Shown: piece by piece, positions 1 to 9,667 of the stretch
Layout: each line of letters starts with the position of its first letter
Numbering within the stretch: the stretch's first letter is position 1
NCBI RefSeq assembly: GCF_001194135.2
Contig: NC_068989.1
Location: forward strand, 79,289,589 to 79,328,578
Origin: Octopus bimaculoides
Taxonomy: Eukaryota
Reading direction: 5' to 3'
DNA length: 38,990 nt
Position numbers and translations under genes: made by a program
Notes under the pieces: generated by a model
Told to the model about the DNA's origin: nothing
Seen by the model: the letters and a program-made list of their open reading frames with translations, nothing else
Databases searched by the model: none

Positions 1-214
1 GTTGTTATTGTTGGTGCTACTGTTGTTATTGTCACTTACTTTTTTGTGTTTTGACGCAACTTGCCTTCAGAACTCCCTAGGGAATTTTATGCTAGCTTCA
101 TCACTTTTATTTATTTATATATTTATTTTTTTCTTTGTTTTGAAACGAGATCGAACTTCAGCATTTTATACCGATAGATTTTAGACACTTTTTTTCTGCA
201 ACTGGTAAGATTAT

Positions 215-300
215 ATAGGGGGTGCAAATTTTGATCTTGCACCTCCTGAAAATTCTACGGGGTGCAGGTGCACCTGCTGCACCCCCTGTTCCCGGGCCCT
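215..300 (-). mobile_element. Terminal fragment of a non-autonomous DNA transposon (hAT-like MITE end)
   Basis: GC-rich island in AT-rich DNA; minus strand reads AGGGCCCGGGAACAGGGGGTGCAGCAGGTGCACCTGCACCCC, resembling (from memory) CAGGGCC-type MITE termini; internal inverted repeat GGGGTGCAG (259-267)/CTGCACCCC (277-285). No second end or TSD seen. Confidence 0.35.
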
Positions 301-725
301 TGGGTTAGGGTTAGGGTTAGGGTTAGAAGTTAGGGTTAGGGTTAGGGTTAGAAGTTAGGGTTAGAGTCAGGGATAGGGTGAGGGTTAGGGTTAGGGTTAG
401 AAGTTAGGGTTAGGGTTAGGGTTAGGGTTATGTTTAGGGTTAGGATTAGTTTTAGGGTTAGAAGTTAGGGTTAGGGTTAGGGTTAGGGTTATGGTTAGGG
501 TTAGAGTTAGGGTTAGAAGTTGGGGTTAGGGTAGGGTTAGGTTTAGTGTTAGGGTTAGGGTTAGGGTTAGAAGTTAGGGTTAGGGTTAGGCTTAGGCTTA
601 GGCTTAGAAGTTAGGGTTAGCGTTAGGGTTAGTGTTAGGGTTAGGGTTAGGGTTACGGTTACGGTTAGGGTTAGTGTTAGGGTTAGGGTTAGGGTTAGGT
701 TTAGGGTTAGGGTTAGGGTTAGAAG
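301..725 (+). repeat. Interstitial telomeric repeat (TTAGGG)n with variant units
   Basis: About 70 hexamer units; TTAGAAG variant at 323, 348, 397, 458, 513, 567, 604, 719; also TTAGGC, TTAGTG, TTACGG, TTATGG. Non-telomeric sequence on both sides. Confidence 0.95.
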
Positions 726-1729
726 AATTCTGAAGGGGCTTTATTTTTAGACTGGGGTCAAACGGTCGAATCTATTCAACTATATTTTAAGTCTTTAGCA
801 ACACCAATTACAAAGAATTTGGGAGTGGTACTAAAAGATGGAAAGAAGTATTGACAGGCAGAAACTGGGTGGGAGCTGTCTTCAATAATTCAAGTAATGC
901 TATATATTCACAATTAACCATACATGCTGGTTTTGTTGTTGTTATTGTTGCTGCTACTGTTGTTATTCTCACTTACCTCTTNNNNNNNNNNNNNNNNNNN
1001 NNNNNNNNNNNNNNNNNNNNNNNNNNNNNNNNNNNNNNNNNNNNNNNNNNNNNNNNNNNNNNNNNNNNNNNNNNNNNNNNNNNNNNNNNNNNNNNNNNNN
1101 NNNNNNNNNNNNNNNNNNNNNNNNNNNNNNNNNNNNNNNNNNNNNNNNNNNNNNNNNNNNNNNNNNNNNNNNNNNNNNNNNNNNNNNNNNNNNNNNNNNN
1201 NNNNNNNNNNNNNNNNNNNNNNNNNNNNNNNNNNNNNNNNNNNNNNNNNNNNNNNNNNNNNNNNNNNNNNNNNNNNNNNNNNNNNNNNNNNNNNNNNNNN
1301 NNNNNNNNNNNNNNNNNNNNNNNNNNNNNNNNNNNNNNNNNNNNNNNNNNNNNNNNNNNNNNNNNNNNNNNNNNNNNNNNNNNNNNNNNNNNNNNNNNNN
1401 NNNNNNNNNNNNNNNNNNNNNNNNNNNNNNNNNNNNNNNNNNNNNNNNNNNNNNNNNNNNNNNNNNNNNNNNNNNNNNNNNNNNNNNNNNNNNNNNNNNN
1501 NNNNNNNNNNNNNNNNNNNNNNNNNNNNNNNNNNNNNNNNNNNNNNNNNNNNNNNNNNNNNNNNNNNNNNNNNNNNNNNNNNNNNNNNNNNNNNNNNNNN
1601 NNNNNNNNNNNNNNNNNNNNNNNNNNNNNNNNNNNNNNNNNNNNNNNNNNNNNNNNNNNNNNNNNNNNNNNNNNNNNNNNNNNNNNNNNNNNNNNNNNNN
1701 NNNNNNNNNNNNTATATATATATATATGC

Positions 1730-1876
1730 ATACGACGGGCTTCTACACAGTTTCCTTGTTCCAGTTTCCCTCACAAGACATTGGCCAACTCAGAGCTACA
1801 CAGTAGAAGATATTTTCATAAGGTGCCGCGCAGTGGGACTAAACCACATAGTTACTAAGCGTGTCTCTTAATCACA
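1730..1876 (-). mobile_element. Decayed 5' half of tRNA/CORE-like SINE (family B)
   Basis: Reverse complement gives GTCCCACTGCGCGGCACCTT...TCTTCTACTG...GAAACTG..AGAAGCCCGTCGTAT, matching the full copy at 27252-27659. Confidence 0.7.
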
Positions 1877-1899
1877 CACACACACACACACACACATAC

Positions 1900-1933
<34 letters not shown>

Positions 1934-2791
1934 TAATAATACATATATACATACACTTCCTAAACATATTTGGTTATGAAGTTCGTAAGTTTGTTTTGTA
2001 ACCACGTGCTGTTGGGTTCGATCTCAGCGTATCACTTTCCTCATACGTCTTCTACAATGTCTTAGAGATTAGGTTCAACATAAAAATGAGATTAAAGATG
2101 TTTGAAGTGTTTGAGCTACTACTAGGAGAGGAAACGATGTAAAGGGTTGAGAATTGCAGAAGATTCTGCTTCTGTCCCAGCAGCGTTGCTATTGGATGAG
2201 CGTGGAAGTCAAAAGGAGTTGTGAAAGTTAAAAAAAGGCGATGACGTCAGAGGTGGATGGGATGAGATACATGTTCTCAATGAAGGAGGGAGATATGGTC
2301 AAAGAATTGGTGGTGGTCCGAGGACTTTGGAAAGTGGTAGGGGGAGATGCATTGGGAAAATGCGAGGGGAAAACTTTGAACCAATGTAACTGGATGTCAT
2401 TATCAATGATGTCCAGTTGAGGGATGTGAGTAATAGTGCAGACAGCACCTTTCGGAGTGAAGCTTGAGCAGAGAGTGTTGTTGTGGGGAGGGTGNNNNNN
2501 NNNNNNNNNNNNNNNNNNNNNNNNNNNNNNNNNNNNNNNNNNNNNNNNNNNNNNNNNNNNNNNNNNNNNNNNNNNNNNNNNNNNNNNNNNNNNNNNNNNN
2601 NNNNNNNNNNNNNNNNNNNNNNNNNNNNNNNNNNNNGGGTTCAGAGATAGATTGTAGATAAGGGATGAGGAATTTGTACCTTGGAAAAGAATAGGATGTA
2701 TGGTGTGCGTGTGTAAGAAGGGGATGAGCAGGATGTAGTTAGAATGAAGTTCATCAATAAGAAAAGAAAACTAACCAGACGGTTTAGTTGC

Positions 2792-3316
2792 TGTAGCGGT
2801 GATTCGAAACTTAACTGCTAGGTAAACGTCAGACAGCACGGACGAACCAAAATGGCTTCACGTGATCGGTCTATTAAGTAGCCAATCAGCGTGAAACCGT
2901 CGTGTGATGAATCCTCTAGAATATGTTCCGTGTACCCTATAAAAAAAAAGCCGCTTTGGCACCTACGCTCCTTGCAGAGTGTTGAAAGGCGGCTGAACGA
3001 TATGCGCATCCACTCTTGCTAGTAGACGGTCCAGACAGACGACTCAAGAGAGACGGCTGAGACAGACGGTTCAGATAGATGACCACGAACACTGTTGCCA
3101 CGAAGATAGCACAACTATTTAAAAATATATTGGCCAAACTGCATGTTGCCGCACCTATAGCTTTCTGTAATTTAAGAGCAGTATCTCTCTCCCAGTTTGT
3201 AATTATTGTTGTCGATAACTGTAAAATTCTTATGTTATACGTTCGCGAGTAGAGTTTAGTTACTTCTTCACGCAGCCAAGAAACATATTTTCATTCATTA
3301 ACTCAACCAGCTACCA
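2792..3316 (+). mobile_element. Possible solo LTR
   Basis: Starts TGTAGCGGT, ends ACCAGCTACCA (imperfect inverted TG...CA termini); CCAAT at 2882-2886, TATAAAA at 2938-2944, short AGAC(A/G)G repeats, CpG-rich. No TSD found, no internal domain. Confidence 0.4.
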
Positions 3317-4104
3317 GAGCTTCATGGACAACACATTATAAGACCATTCGTAACTGTATTTTTCGGCCTTATGGAGAAGTGCAAATGTTTACGGTACGTA
3401 GATAAGTCACTGTAACTTCCTCTCAAAAGTGTGGTCTGAATACTTGCAATAAAAAGCACCCACAGACCAAATTGTGCAATTAAACCAAACGACGATGTAT
3501 ATCAATTACACACATACACCGAGCGTGTATGCATGCGAGTATATCGGTGTAAATACCTTGTGGTATTCAATTCCAAAAATAGAAGTAAATTTCTAAAGAA
3601 GCGTAACCCAAGTCGACGTAGCCATTCCATAGAGAATATGGGTTCGAAAAAATTAGCTAAAATCACGAAAAGCTATGTTCCAGAATAGCCGCAGTCTAGT
3701 GGCAGAAACCACCAAAAGAATATTCACAAAACACTCTCTACTAATGCCTCATATTATTACTAATTTACTTAAAAACGTTGAATAAGACATTTTGAAAAAG
3801 CTTCTACAAGCCTCGTACTACAATGTCTACGTATATTACTGTATGTAAACGTTTCAAAAGTGTTCTTCCCCTCAATCAAGTTAGTTAAGTTGATTTCATT
3901 CAATAATGCCGATTGCCTGTCAAGAAGAAGCCAAACCCAGCCCTATTGTTGTAAATAAAAAGGGCTGTATCTTGAGACTTGAAGAACTGAAAATAAATCA
4001 TTGTTGACAGTTATGGAATGAGTGGGTAATATTGTTTTTAGTTAGCTGCAGTAATTGATAGTCTTATGGTGTGCAATAGTGTTTACAAACATACGTTACA
4101 GTCT

Positions 4105-4240
4105 GATTAAGAAGTTCTCTTCGCAACCGTGTGGTCCCTAGTTCGATCCGACTGCGCAGTACTTTGTGCACATATATGTGTATATATTCAACTGTAGCCT
4201 CGTGTTTGCTGATTCTCTTGTGTGTGAAGATTGCTGGACA
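4105..4240 (+). mobile_element. Highly decayed family B SINE head
   Basis: TTAAGAAGTTCTCTTCGCAACCGTGTGGTCCCTAGTTCGATCCGACTGCGCAGTACTTTG..CA parallels the family B head. Confidence 0.4.
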
Positions 4241-4249
4241 TACTATTTT

Positions 4250-4455
4250 CAAATTCTAGCACAAGGCTAGCAATTTCGGGGGAGAGAGTAGGTCGGTTAT
4301 ATCGACCCTAATGATCAACTGTTTCTTACTTTATCGACTCCGATGGATAACAAGCAAAGTCGACCTCGTTGGAAATTGATCTCAGAACGTAAAAACGGAC
4401 AAAATGTCGCTAAGCGTTTTGCCCGGCGTGCTAACGATTCTGCTAGCACTCTGCC

Positions 4456-4458
<3 letters not shown>
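4250..4458 (-). mobile_element. tRNA-derived SINE family A, tail type A2
   Basis: Reverse complement: GCAGAATCGTTAGCACGCCGGGCAAAACGCTTAGCG...TTCTGAGATCAATTTCC..CGAGGTCGACTTTGC...GTCGATAAAG...GAAATTGCTAGCCTTGTGCTAGAATTTGAAA. Confidence 0.85.

Positions 4459-4524
<66 letters not shown>
4458..4524. repeat. (CA)n microsatellite
   Basis: Uninterrupted CA run. Confidence 0.95.
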
Positions 4525-4525
<1 letters not shown>

Positions 4526-4754
4526 TAATGTCATATATATGATATCGTGTGTGTGTGTGTGTGTATGCTTTTATGTATAATTCTATATATAAAAGTATCT
4601 AAGAATCGCTTAATTTAGTTTTAGTAAACTAGCATATTTTATTTTTACTAGGGGAATGTTGACGTTGACGGTTACTTCGAAGTTCCGGCTATATAGCTTT
4701 CTTCGGACTGATAAAGGCTACACAGTCGTAACTTCGAAAAAATCTAAGAAACTG

Positions 4755-5045
4755 GCAGGAAATAACTTGACTGGTATTTTATTTTATCGAAGCCCAAGAT
4801 GGAAAATAAAGTTGACCCCCAACAGAATTTGAACTCAGAACATAAAGTCAATAAAAACTGCCGTGTTTTTTTTTTTTGGCTGGTATCTTATTTTTTTTAG
4901 TTTATAGATTCTCAGAAGGATGAAAGGTAAAATTGAACTCGACAGAGTTTGAATCCAGAACGTATAAATCTGTTAAATGAACGCCATAAAGCATATTTTT
5001 CACTGCCAACACCACATCCCGCTGCTCTACCGATTCTGCCAACGT
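4755..5045 (-). mobile_element. Two tandem decayed family A SINE copies (about 4755-4860 and 4880-5045)
   Basis: Both show CTGGTA(T)TT..TTTAT.GA...GATG(G)AAA..AAA.TTGA.C...AGA.TTTGAA..CAGAAC, the reverse complement of the family A central domain and B-box. Confidence 0.65.
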
Positions 5046-5189
5046 AATTTTGTAATAAACTTACAACTCAAACATCAACAGTAAGCAAGATTAAGTGAGG
5101 AATGCTTCAAGCGGTAAAGAATTTTTTCGTTAATTAGTCGACATCTAAAACTTCGTATGTTAAAACATGGCAAAACTACTTTCTTTCAG

Positions 5190-5198
5190 CTATTCTAG
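5190..5198 (+). other. Candidate 9-nt microexon
   Basis: actactttctttcag|CTATTCTAG|gtaagt: strong acceptor and consensus AG|GTAAGT donor 9 nt apart. No transcript evidence. Confidence 0.35.
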
Positions 5199-5365
5199 GT
5201 AAGTTAGTGAGTTCGGTCTGTTTGTTGATTACTCAGCCTCGAACAACAACAGCAAGAAAACCGACTTTAGATAAGTGTCTATTAACTTGCCTGTTGTATG
5301 CTCTGCTATGCCGTGCTTGTGTTGTGCGCTGTTTTGTTAAGTTGGACTATTTTTGAAGCTGCCAG

Positions 5366-5440
5366 ATCATCAAATGAAGAAATTCCTCAAAGCAGCAACC
5401 CAGGTGAAGTAGAGGCATCAAAGTAGCTGACGCTCCAGGT
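5366..5440 (+). other. Candidate orphan exon (alternative acceptor gives start at 5342)
   Basis: CAG acceptor at 5363-5365 or AAG at 5339-5341; GT|GTAAGT donor at 5441; stops in all frames. Confidence 0.25.
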
Positions 5441-6119
5441 GTAAGTAGATAGACATATTTAAATAACCAGATAGACGGATAAATAGGTAGAGAGAGAACG
5501 AGAGAGAGTGTGTGCGAGTGTTAGAGAAAGACAGGGGAGAAAGAGAAAGAAAAAAATGATAAAAGAACGGGATGAAAATAAAGGTGTATGAGGCGGTGTA
5601 TAAAGCTGTATATTACAGAAAAAAAAATACGATAAATTACAAAAAGGAAACAAAAGCTAAAACAAAAAACCCCAACGAACTCTACTTGACTGCGGAAGTT
5701 ATGAAGGCTACTGTAATTGATACTAACCATTGTTATTGTTGTATTATTAGTTATTATTGTAGTGTCAAGAATGCATACAAGCAGGCCTGGCCTTGAGCAT
5801 AAAACAAAATGGTGGAGCAACCGTGACATAAAAACGTCGAACGCTGAACAGATTTTCTCTCCAGCCGCTGTTCATCGATCAGTGAGCCTGCAGTAGATGT
5901 TCATCTATTAAAGTGAGCCTGCAGCAGTTAATCCCCTAGTGATTTTGTAGTAGAGCTTGTAGTAATTTACTAACGAACTTGAAGTAGTCGTTCACCCACC
6001 AACGGGCTGGCCGTACACGTTTATTTATTTACGAGCGATACTCCAATATTCGTTTGCGAAGTGAAACCATAAATGTAACGTATTACTGTTATATCGAACG
6101 AACCGATGGAGTTTCTAGA

Positions 6120-6299
6120 TGGTAGCTCGAGCCATCAGAAATAGCAGCCTAATATCCTTCAACATCTCAGAAAAATTACATATTGGTCAATACAATACTG
6201 GGATTTCTGAACATAGAAAAAAAAAAAAAAACGGGATGGCCACAGCTGGAATGCCTTTGATCCTAGTTCTGCTCTACCAAAATAGGCCTGGGGCTACAA
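6120..6299 (+). mobile_element. SINE-like repeat family D, 3' part
   Basis: GCTCGAGCCATCAGAAATAGCAGCC...GGGATGGCCACAGCTGGAATGCCTTTGATC...CTGGGGCTACAAC; homologous to 6505-6650, 15680-15900 and 38340-38545. Confidence 0.6.
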
Positions 6300-6489
6300 C
6301 AGTGGCGTAGGTAGGGTGTGGTTTTGGGAGACAAACTCAAAGGCTGATCTGGGTCTCCAACAGGCCTGGTCCCCCACCTAATGCCTTCCATTCTATACAA
6401 GCTTATATAGCAGACCCAAAAGCCGCCCCCATAAAAGCGTCGCCCGAGACGGACCATCCTCTCGATCCCTCACCCAGTTATGATACTAG
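6300..6489. mobile_element. Degenerate hAT-like MITE
   Basis: Begins CAGTGGCGTAGGTAGGG; ends GCGTCGCCCGAGACGGACC...CAGTTATGATACTAG, a degenerate reverse of the CAGTGGCGTAG terminus. TSD not recoverable. Confidence 0.4.
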
Positions 6490-6504
6490 GAAACCAGTAC
6501 ATGA

Positions 6505-6650
6505 TAACTCAACCTACTAGAAATAGTAACCGAATATCTCTGAAATCATAACGTTCCATCTTAAAAAAGGAAAAAGACACGTTAGGTAATTTAGCGTTGG
6601 GAAAGTCAAGATGGTCACTACTGGAATGCTTTTAAGCTTAGCCTTTCGGG
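6505..6650 (+). mobile_element. Family D repeat fragment
   Basis: CTCAACCTACTAGAAATAGTAACCGAAT...CATCTTAAAAAAGG...GATGGTCACTACTGGAATGCTTT. Confidence 0.55.
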
Positions 6651-6769
6651 GGTCAAATTTAAATTTAAGTACCAGCCGATTACCTGACAAATGTTGAAGT
6701 TGACATAACCGATTGTTAGCTGCCCCCACATTTCTGGTTTTGTGCTTATTTTAGAAAGAGCTATTTTCC

Positions 6770-7275
6770 CAGTTCTTTACATTCTGGGTTCAAATTCCGC
6801 CATTCTTTTCTTTGTTTCAGACAGTTAACTGCGGCCATGCTGGAGCACCGCATTTAGTCGAAGAAATCGACCCCCAGGACTTATTCTTCGTATGTCTAGT
6901 ACTTATTTTATCGCTCTCTTAAGCCGAACCGCTAAGTTACGGGGACGTAAACTCACCAACATCGGTTGTCAAGTGATGGTGGGGGGGACAAACACACGCA
7001 CACACACACACACACATACGACAGGCTTCTTTCAGTTTTCATCTACCAAATCCACTCAAAAGGCTTTGGTCGGCCCGAAGCTGTAGTACAAGATACTTGT
7101 CCAAGGTGCCACGCAGTGGGACTGAACTCGGAACCATTAGGTTGGTAAGCAAACCTCATACCACACAGCCACATCATGGTCGATAAAACAAAGAAACAAT
7201 CAAGTACTGGAGTAAATTGAACTGACTGGCCCCTCCCCTCAAAAAATGTCTGGCTTTGAGTCTATATTAGGAGAT
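6770..7275 (+). mobile_element. Decayed family A2 SINE split by a nested family B insertion
   Basis: TTCTGGGTTCAAATTCCGCC (to 6801) resumes after 7174 as GGTCGATAAAA...GTACTGGAGT...GACTGGCCCCTCCCCTCAAAAAATGTCTGGCTTTG. Confidence 0.5.
6805..7174 (-). mobile_element. Near full-length family B SINE (tRNA head, CORE-like box, internal microsatellite, conserved tail)
   Basis: Colinear reverse complement of 27252-27659, including CCTTGG.CAAGT, GACAACCGATG, ACGTCCCCGTAACTTAGCGG, GGTGCTCCAGCATGGCCGCAG. Confidence 0.9.
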
Positions 7276-7585
7276 ATTCTTTTCTACTGTAGGCACAAGG
7301 CCCGAAATTTTGGGGGAGGAGGCCAGCCGATTAGATCGACTCCAGTACGCAACTGGTACTTAATTTATCGACCCCGAAAGGATGAAAGGCAAAGCCGACC
7401 TCAGCGGAATTTGAACCCAGAACGTAAAGACAGGCGAAATACCGCTAAGCATTTCGCCCGGCATGGTAATGTTTCTTATTTCTTTATTGCCCTCAAGGGG
7501 CTAACCGCAGAGGGGACAAATAAAGACAGACAAACGGATTAAGTCGATTACATCGACCCAGTGCATAACTGGTACTTAATTTATC
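7276..7585 (-). mobile_element. Dimeric family A SINE (A1 + A2), 5' part lost in gap
   Basis: Reverse complement junction GGGCAATAAAGAAATAAG|AAACATTACCATGCCGGGCGAAATGCTTAGCGG at 7475/7474, same as 21747/21748. Confidence 0.85.
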
Positions 7586-7959
7586 NNNNNNNNNNNNNNN
7601 NNNNNNNNNNNNNNNNNNNNNNNNNNNNNNNNNNNNNNNNNNNNNNNNNNNNNNNNNNNNNNNNNNNNNNNNNNNNNNNNNNNNNNNNNNNNNNNNNNNN
7701 NNNNNNNNNNNNNNNNNNNNNNNNNNNNNNNNNNNNNNNNNNNNNNNNNNNNNNNNNNNNNNNNNNNNNNNNNNNNNNNNNNNNNNNNNNNNNNNNNNNN
7801 NNNNNNNNNNNNNNNNNNNNNNNNNNNNNNNNNNNNNNNNNNNNNNNNNNNNNNNNNNNNNNNNNNNNNNNNNNNNNNNNNNNNNNNNNNNNNNNNNNNN
7901 NNNNNNNNNNNNNNNNNNNNNNNNNNNNNNNNNNNNNNNNNNNNNNNNNNNNNNNNNNN

Positions 7960-7994
7960 AACAATACCTCCGCCTTCGCGAAGGCGAAAGTAAT
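7960..7994. mobile_element. Helentron/HINE-like terminal hairpin
   Basis: ACAATACCTCCGCCTTCGCGAAGGCGAAAGTAAT: perfect 16-bp palindrome 7971-7986, extendable to 28 nt; resembles remembered TACCTCCGCC...GGCGGAGGTAAT Helentron ends. Body hidden in gap 7586-7959. Confidence 0.4.
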
Positions 7995-8005
7995 AATAAT
8001 GAATA

Positions 8006-8012
8006 ATGATAA

Positions 8013-8092
<80 letters not shown>
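8006..8092. repeat. (AAT)n microsatellite followed by degenerate (ACT/ACC)n
   Basis: Direct reading. Confidence 0.95.
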
Positions 8093-8093
<1 letters not shown>

Positions 8094-8723
8094 TACCACC
8101 CCCACAGCTACTACAACAAGAACTACATCCATCACCACTATCACCATCACCATTACTATCACCACAACTCCTACAGCAACTACTACTATTAATACTACTA
8201 TTACTACCACGAGCCAATAAAAGCTTCTAAATGTGGTTGGTCAACATCCTAGAATTAGCAAGCAAATGCCTCTCAAATTCACGCTTCCTTCCAAAAAGCT
8301 TTCATATTGGGAAGTAATCGAGTACAATAGCTCTCAGGGAAACAAATACCAGGTCTCTATCTCTCTCCCTCTCCCCACTCTCTCTCTGTGGTTCAGTAGT
8401 GTGCTCCACAATCCATTCTGGTGCCCATTATGTTAAGACACAGAACATCAAACACAGGGTAGGCTAGAGTGCGGAGTACGAGCCAAATAATAGCAGGAGG
8501 CTGATAAGGAGAAACACATGACCGCATGATGTTTCTATATTGTTGTGTAATTATTTCGGCATTTTGATGAAACGCCTGTATGTCCTATGAAACTTTGAAT
8601 ACTTCACCTGCTTTCAGTTTATTACACACACACACACACCTTAATTTGTTCATCCCTTCTGACTCACAGTGTGTTGTGCATAAAATGGATATGTTCAATT
8701 AATACATACGTACAAACATGCAT

Positions 8724-8763
<40 letters not shown>

Positions 8764-9388
8764 ATATAAATGTATGTATATATATATATATATATATATA
8801 TANNNNNNNNNNNNNNNNNNNNNNNNNNNNNNNNNNNNNNNNNNNNNNNNNNNNNNNNNNNNNNNNNNNNNNNNNNNNNNNNNNNNNNNNNNNNNNNNNN
8901 NNNNNNNNNNNNNNNNNNNNNNNNNNNNNNNNNNNNNNNNNNNNNNNNNNNNNNNNNNNNNNNNNNNNNNNNNNNNNNNNNNNNNNNNNNNNNNNNNNNN
9001 NNNNNNNNNNNNNNNNNNNNNNNNNNNNNNNNNNNNNNNNNNNNNNNNNNNNNNNNNNNNNNNNNNNNNNNNNNNNNNNNNNNNNNNNNNNNNNNNNNNN
9101 NNNNNNNNNNNNNNNNNNNNNNNNNNNNNNNNNNNNNNNNNNNNNNNNNNNNNNNNNNNNNNNNNNNNNNNNNNNNNNNNNNNNNNNNNNNNNNNNNNNN
9201 NNNNNNNNNNNNNNNNNNNNNNNNNNNNNNNNNNNNNNNNNNNNNNNNNNNNNNNNNNNNNNNNNNNNNNNNNNNNNNNNNNNNNNNNNNNNNNNNATAT
9301 ATATGTGTTTGTGTATATACCCTCCCCCAAAATTGCTGGCCTTGTGCCAAAATGTGAAACTATCATTATTATTATTGTTATTTAATTA

Positions 9389-9447
<59 letters not shown>

Positions 9448-9530
9448 TAAAGGAATATTATTTTCTGTTTTACTTTGGCCAACGTCTGTTTTCACATTAC
9501 AGTTATGTTCGTTTGTGTTTTTCTGTACAG

Positions 9531-9667
9531 AGATATGCACACAGAAATGTGAGCGGCATTCGCTGCGGGATGTCGTCTATAAAGGCAAATTTCTCCCAAT
9601 AGACCCAGTGTGTGAAAGTGCACAAAGATCCAGGTGACGTCAGAGGACTATCAGACATGATGTTTCG
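9531..9667 (+). other. Candidate orphan exon (internal alternative acceptor at 9602/9603)
   Basis: gtttgtgtttttctgtacag| acceptor, CG|gtatga donor at 9668, GC/CpG-richer than flanks, no match to other repeats in the window; no frame open end to end. Confidence 0.3.

Noticed and set aside
2100-2760. Purine-rich stretch with minus-strand open frames, suspected GIY-YIG or LINE ORF1
   Set aside because: Motifs were not found in the correct order; no family could be supported.
5065-5142. Minus-strand exon candidate ending in GTAAGT at 5064
   Set aside because: Stops in all three frames, weak exon-side bases, and bare GTAAGT occurs by chance every few kb.
6803-6830. Strong acceptor-like TTCTTTTCTTTGTTTCAG
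   Set aside because: Reverse complement of the family B SINE tail; the same motif recurs at 22141.
8558-8602. TTGATGA...GAAAC hammerhead-like spacing
   Set aside because: No stem II can be formed, no palindromic stem III, and the cleavage triplet is wrong.
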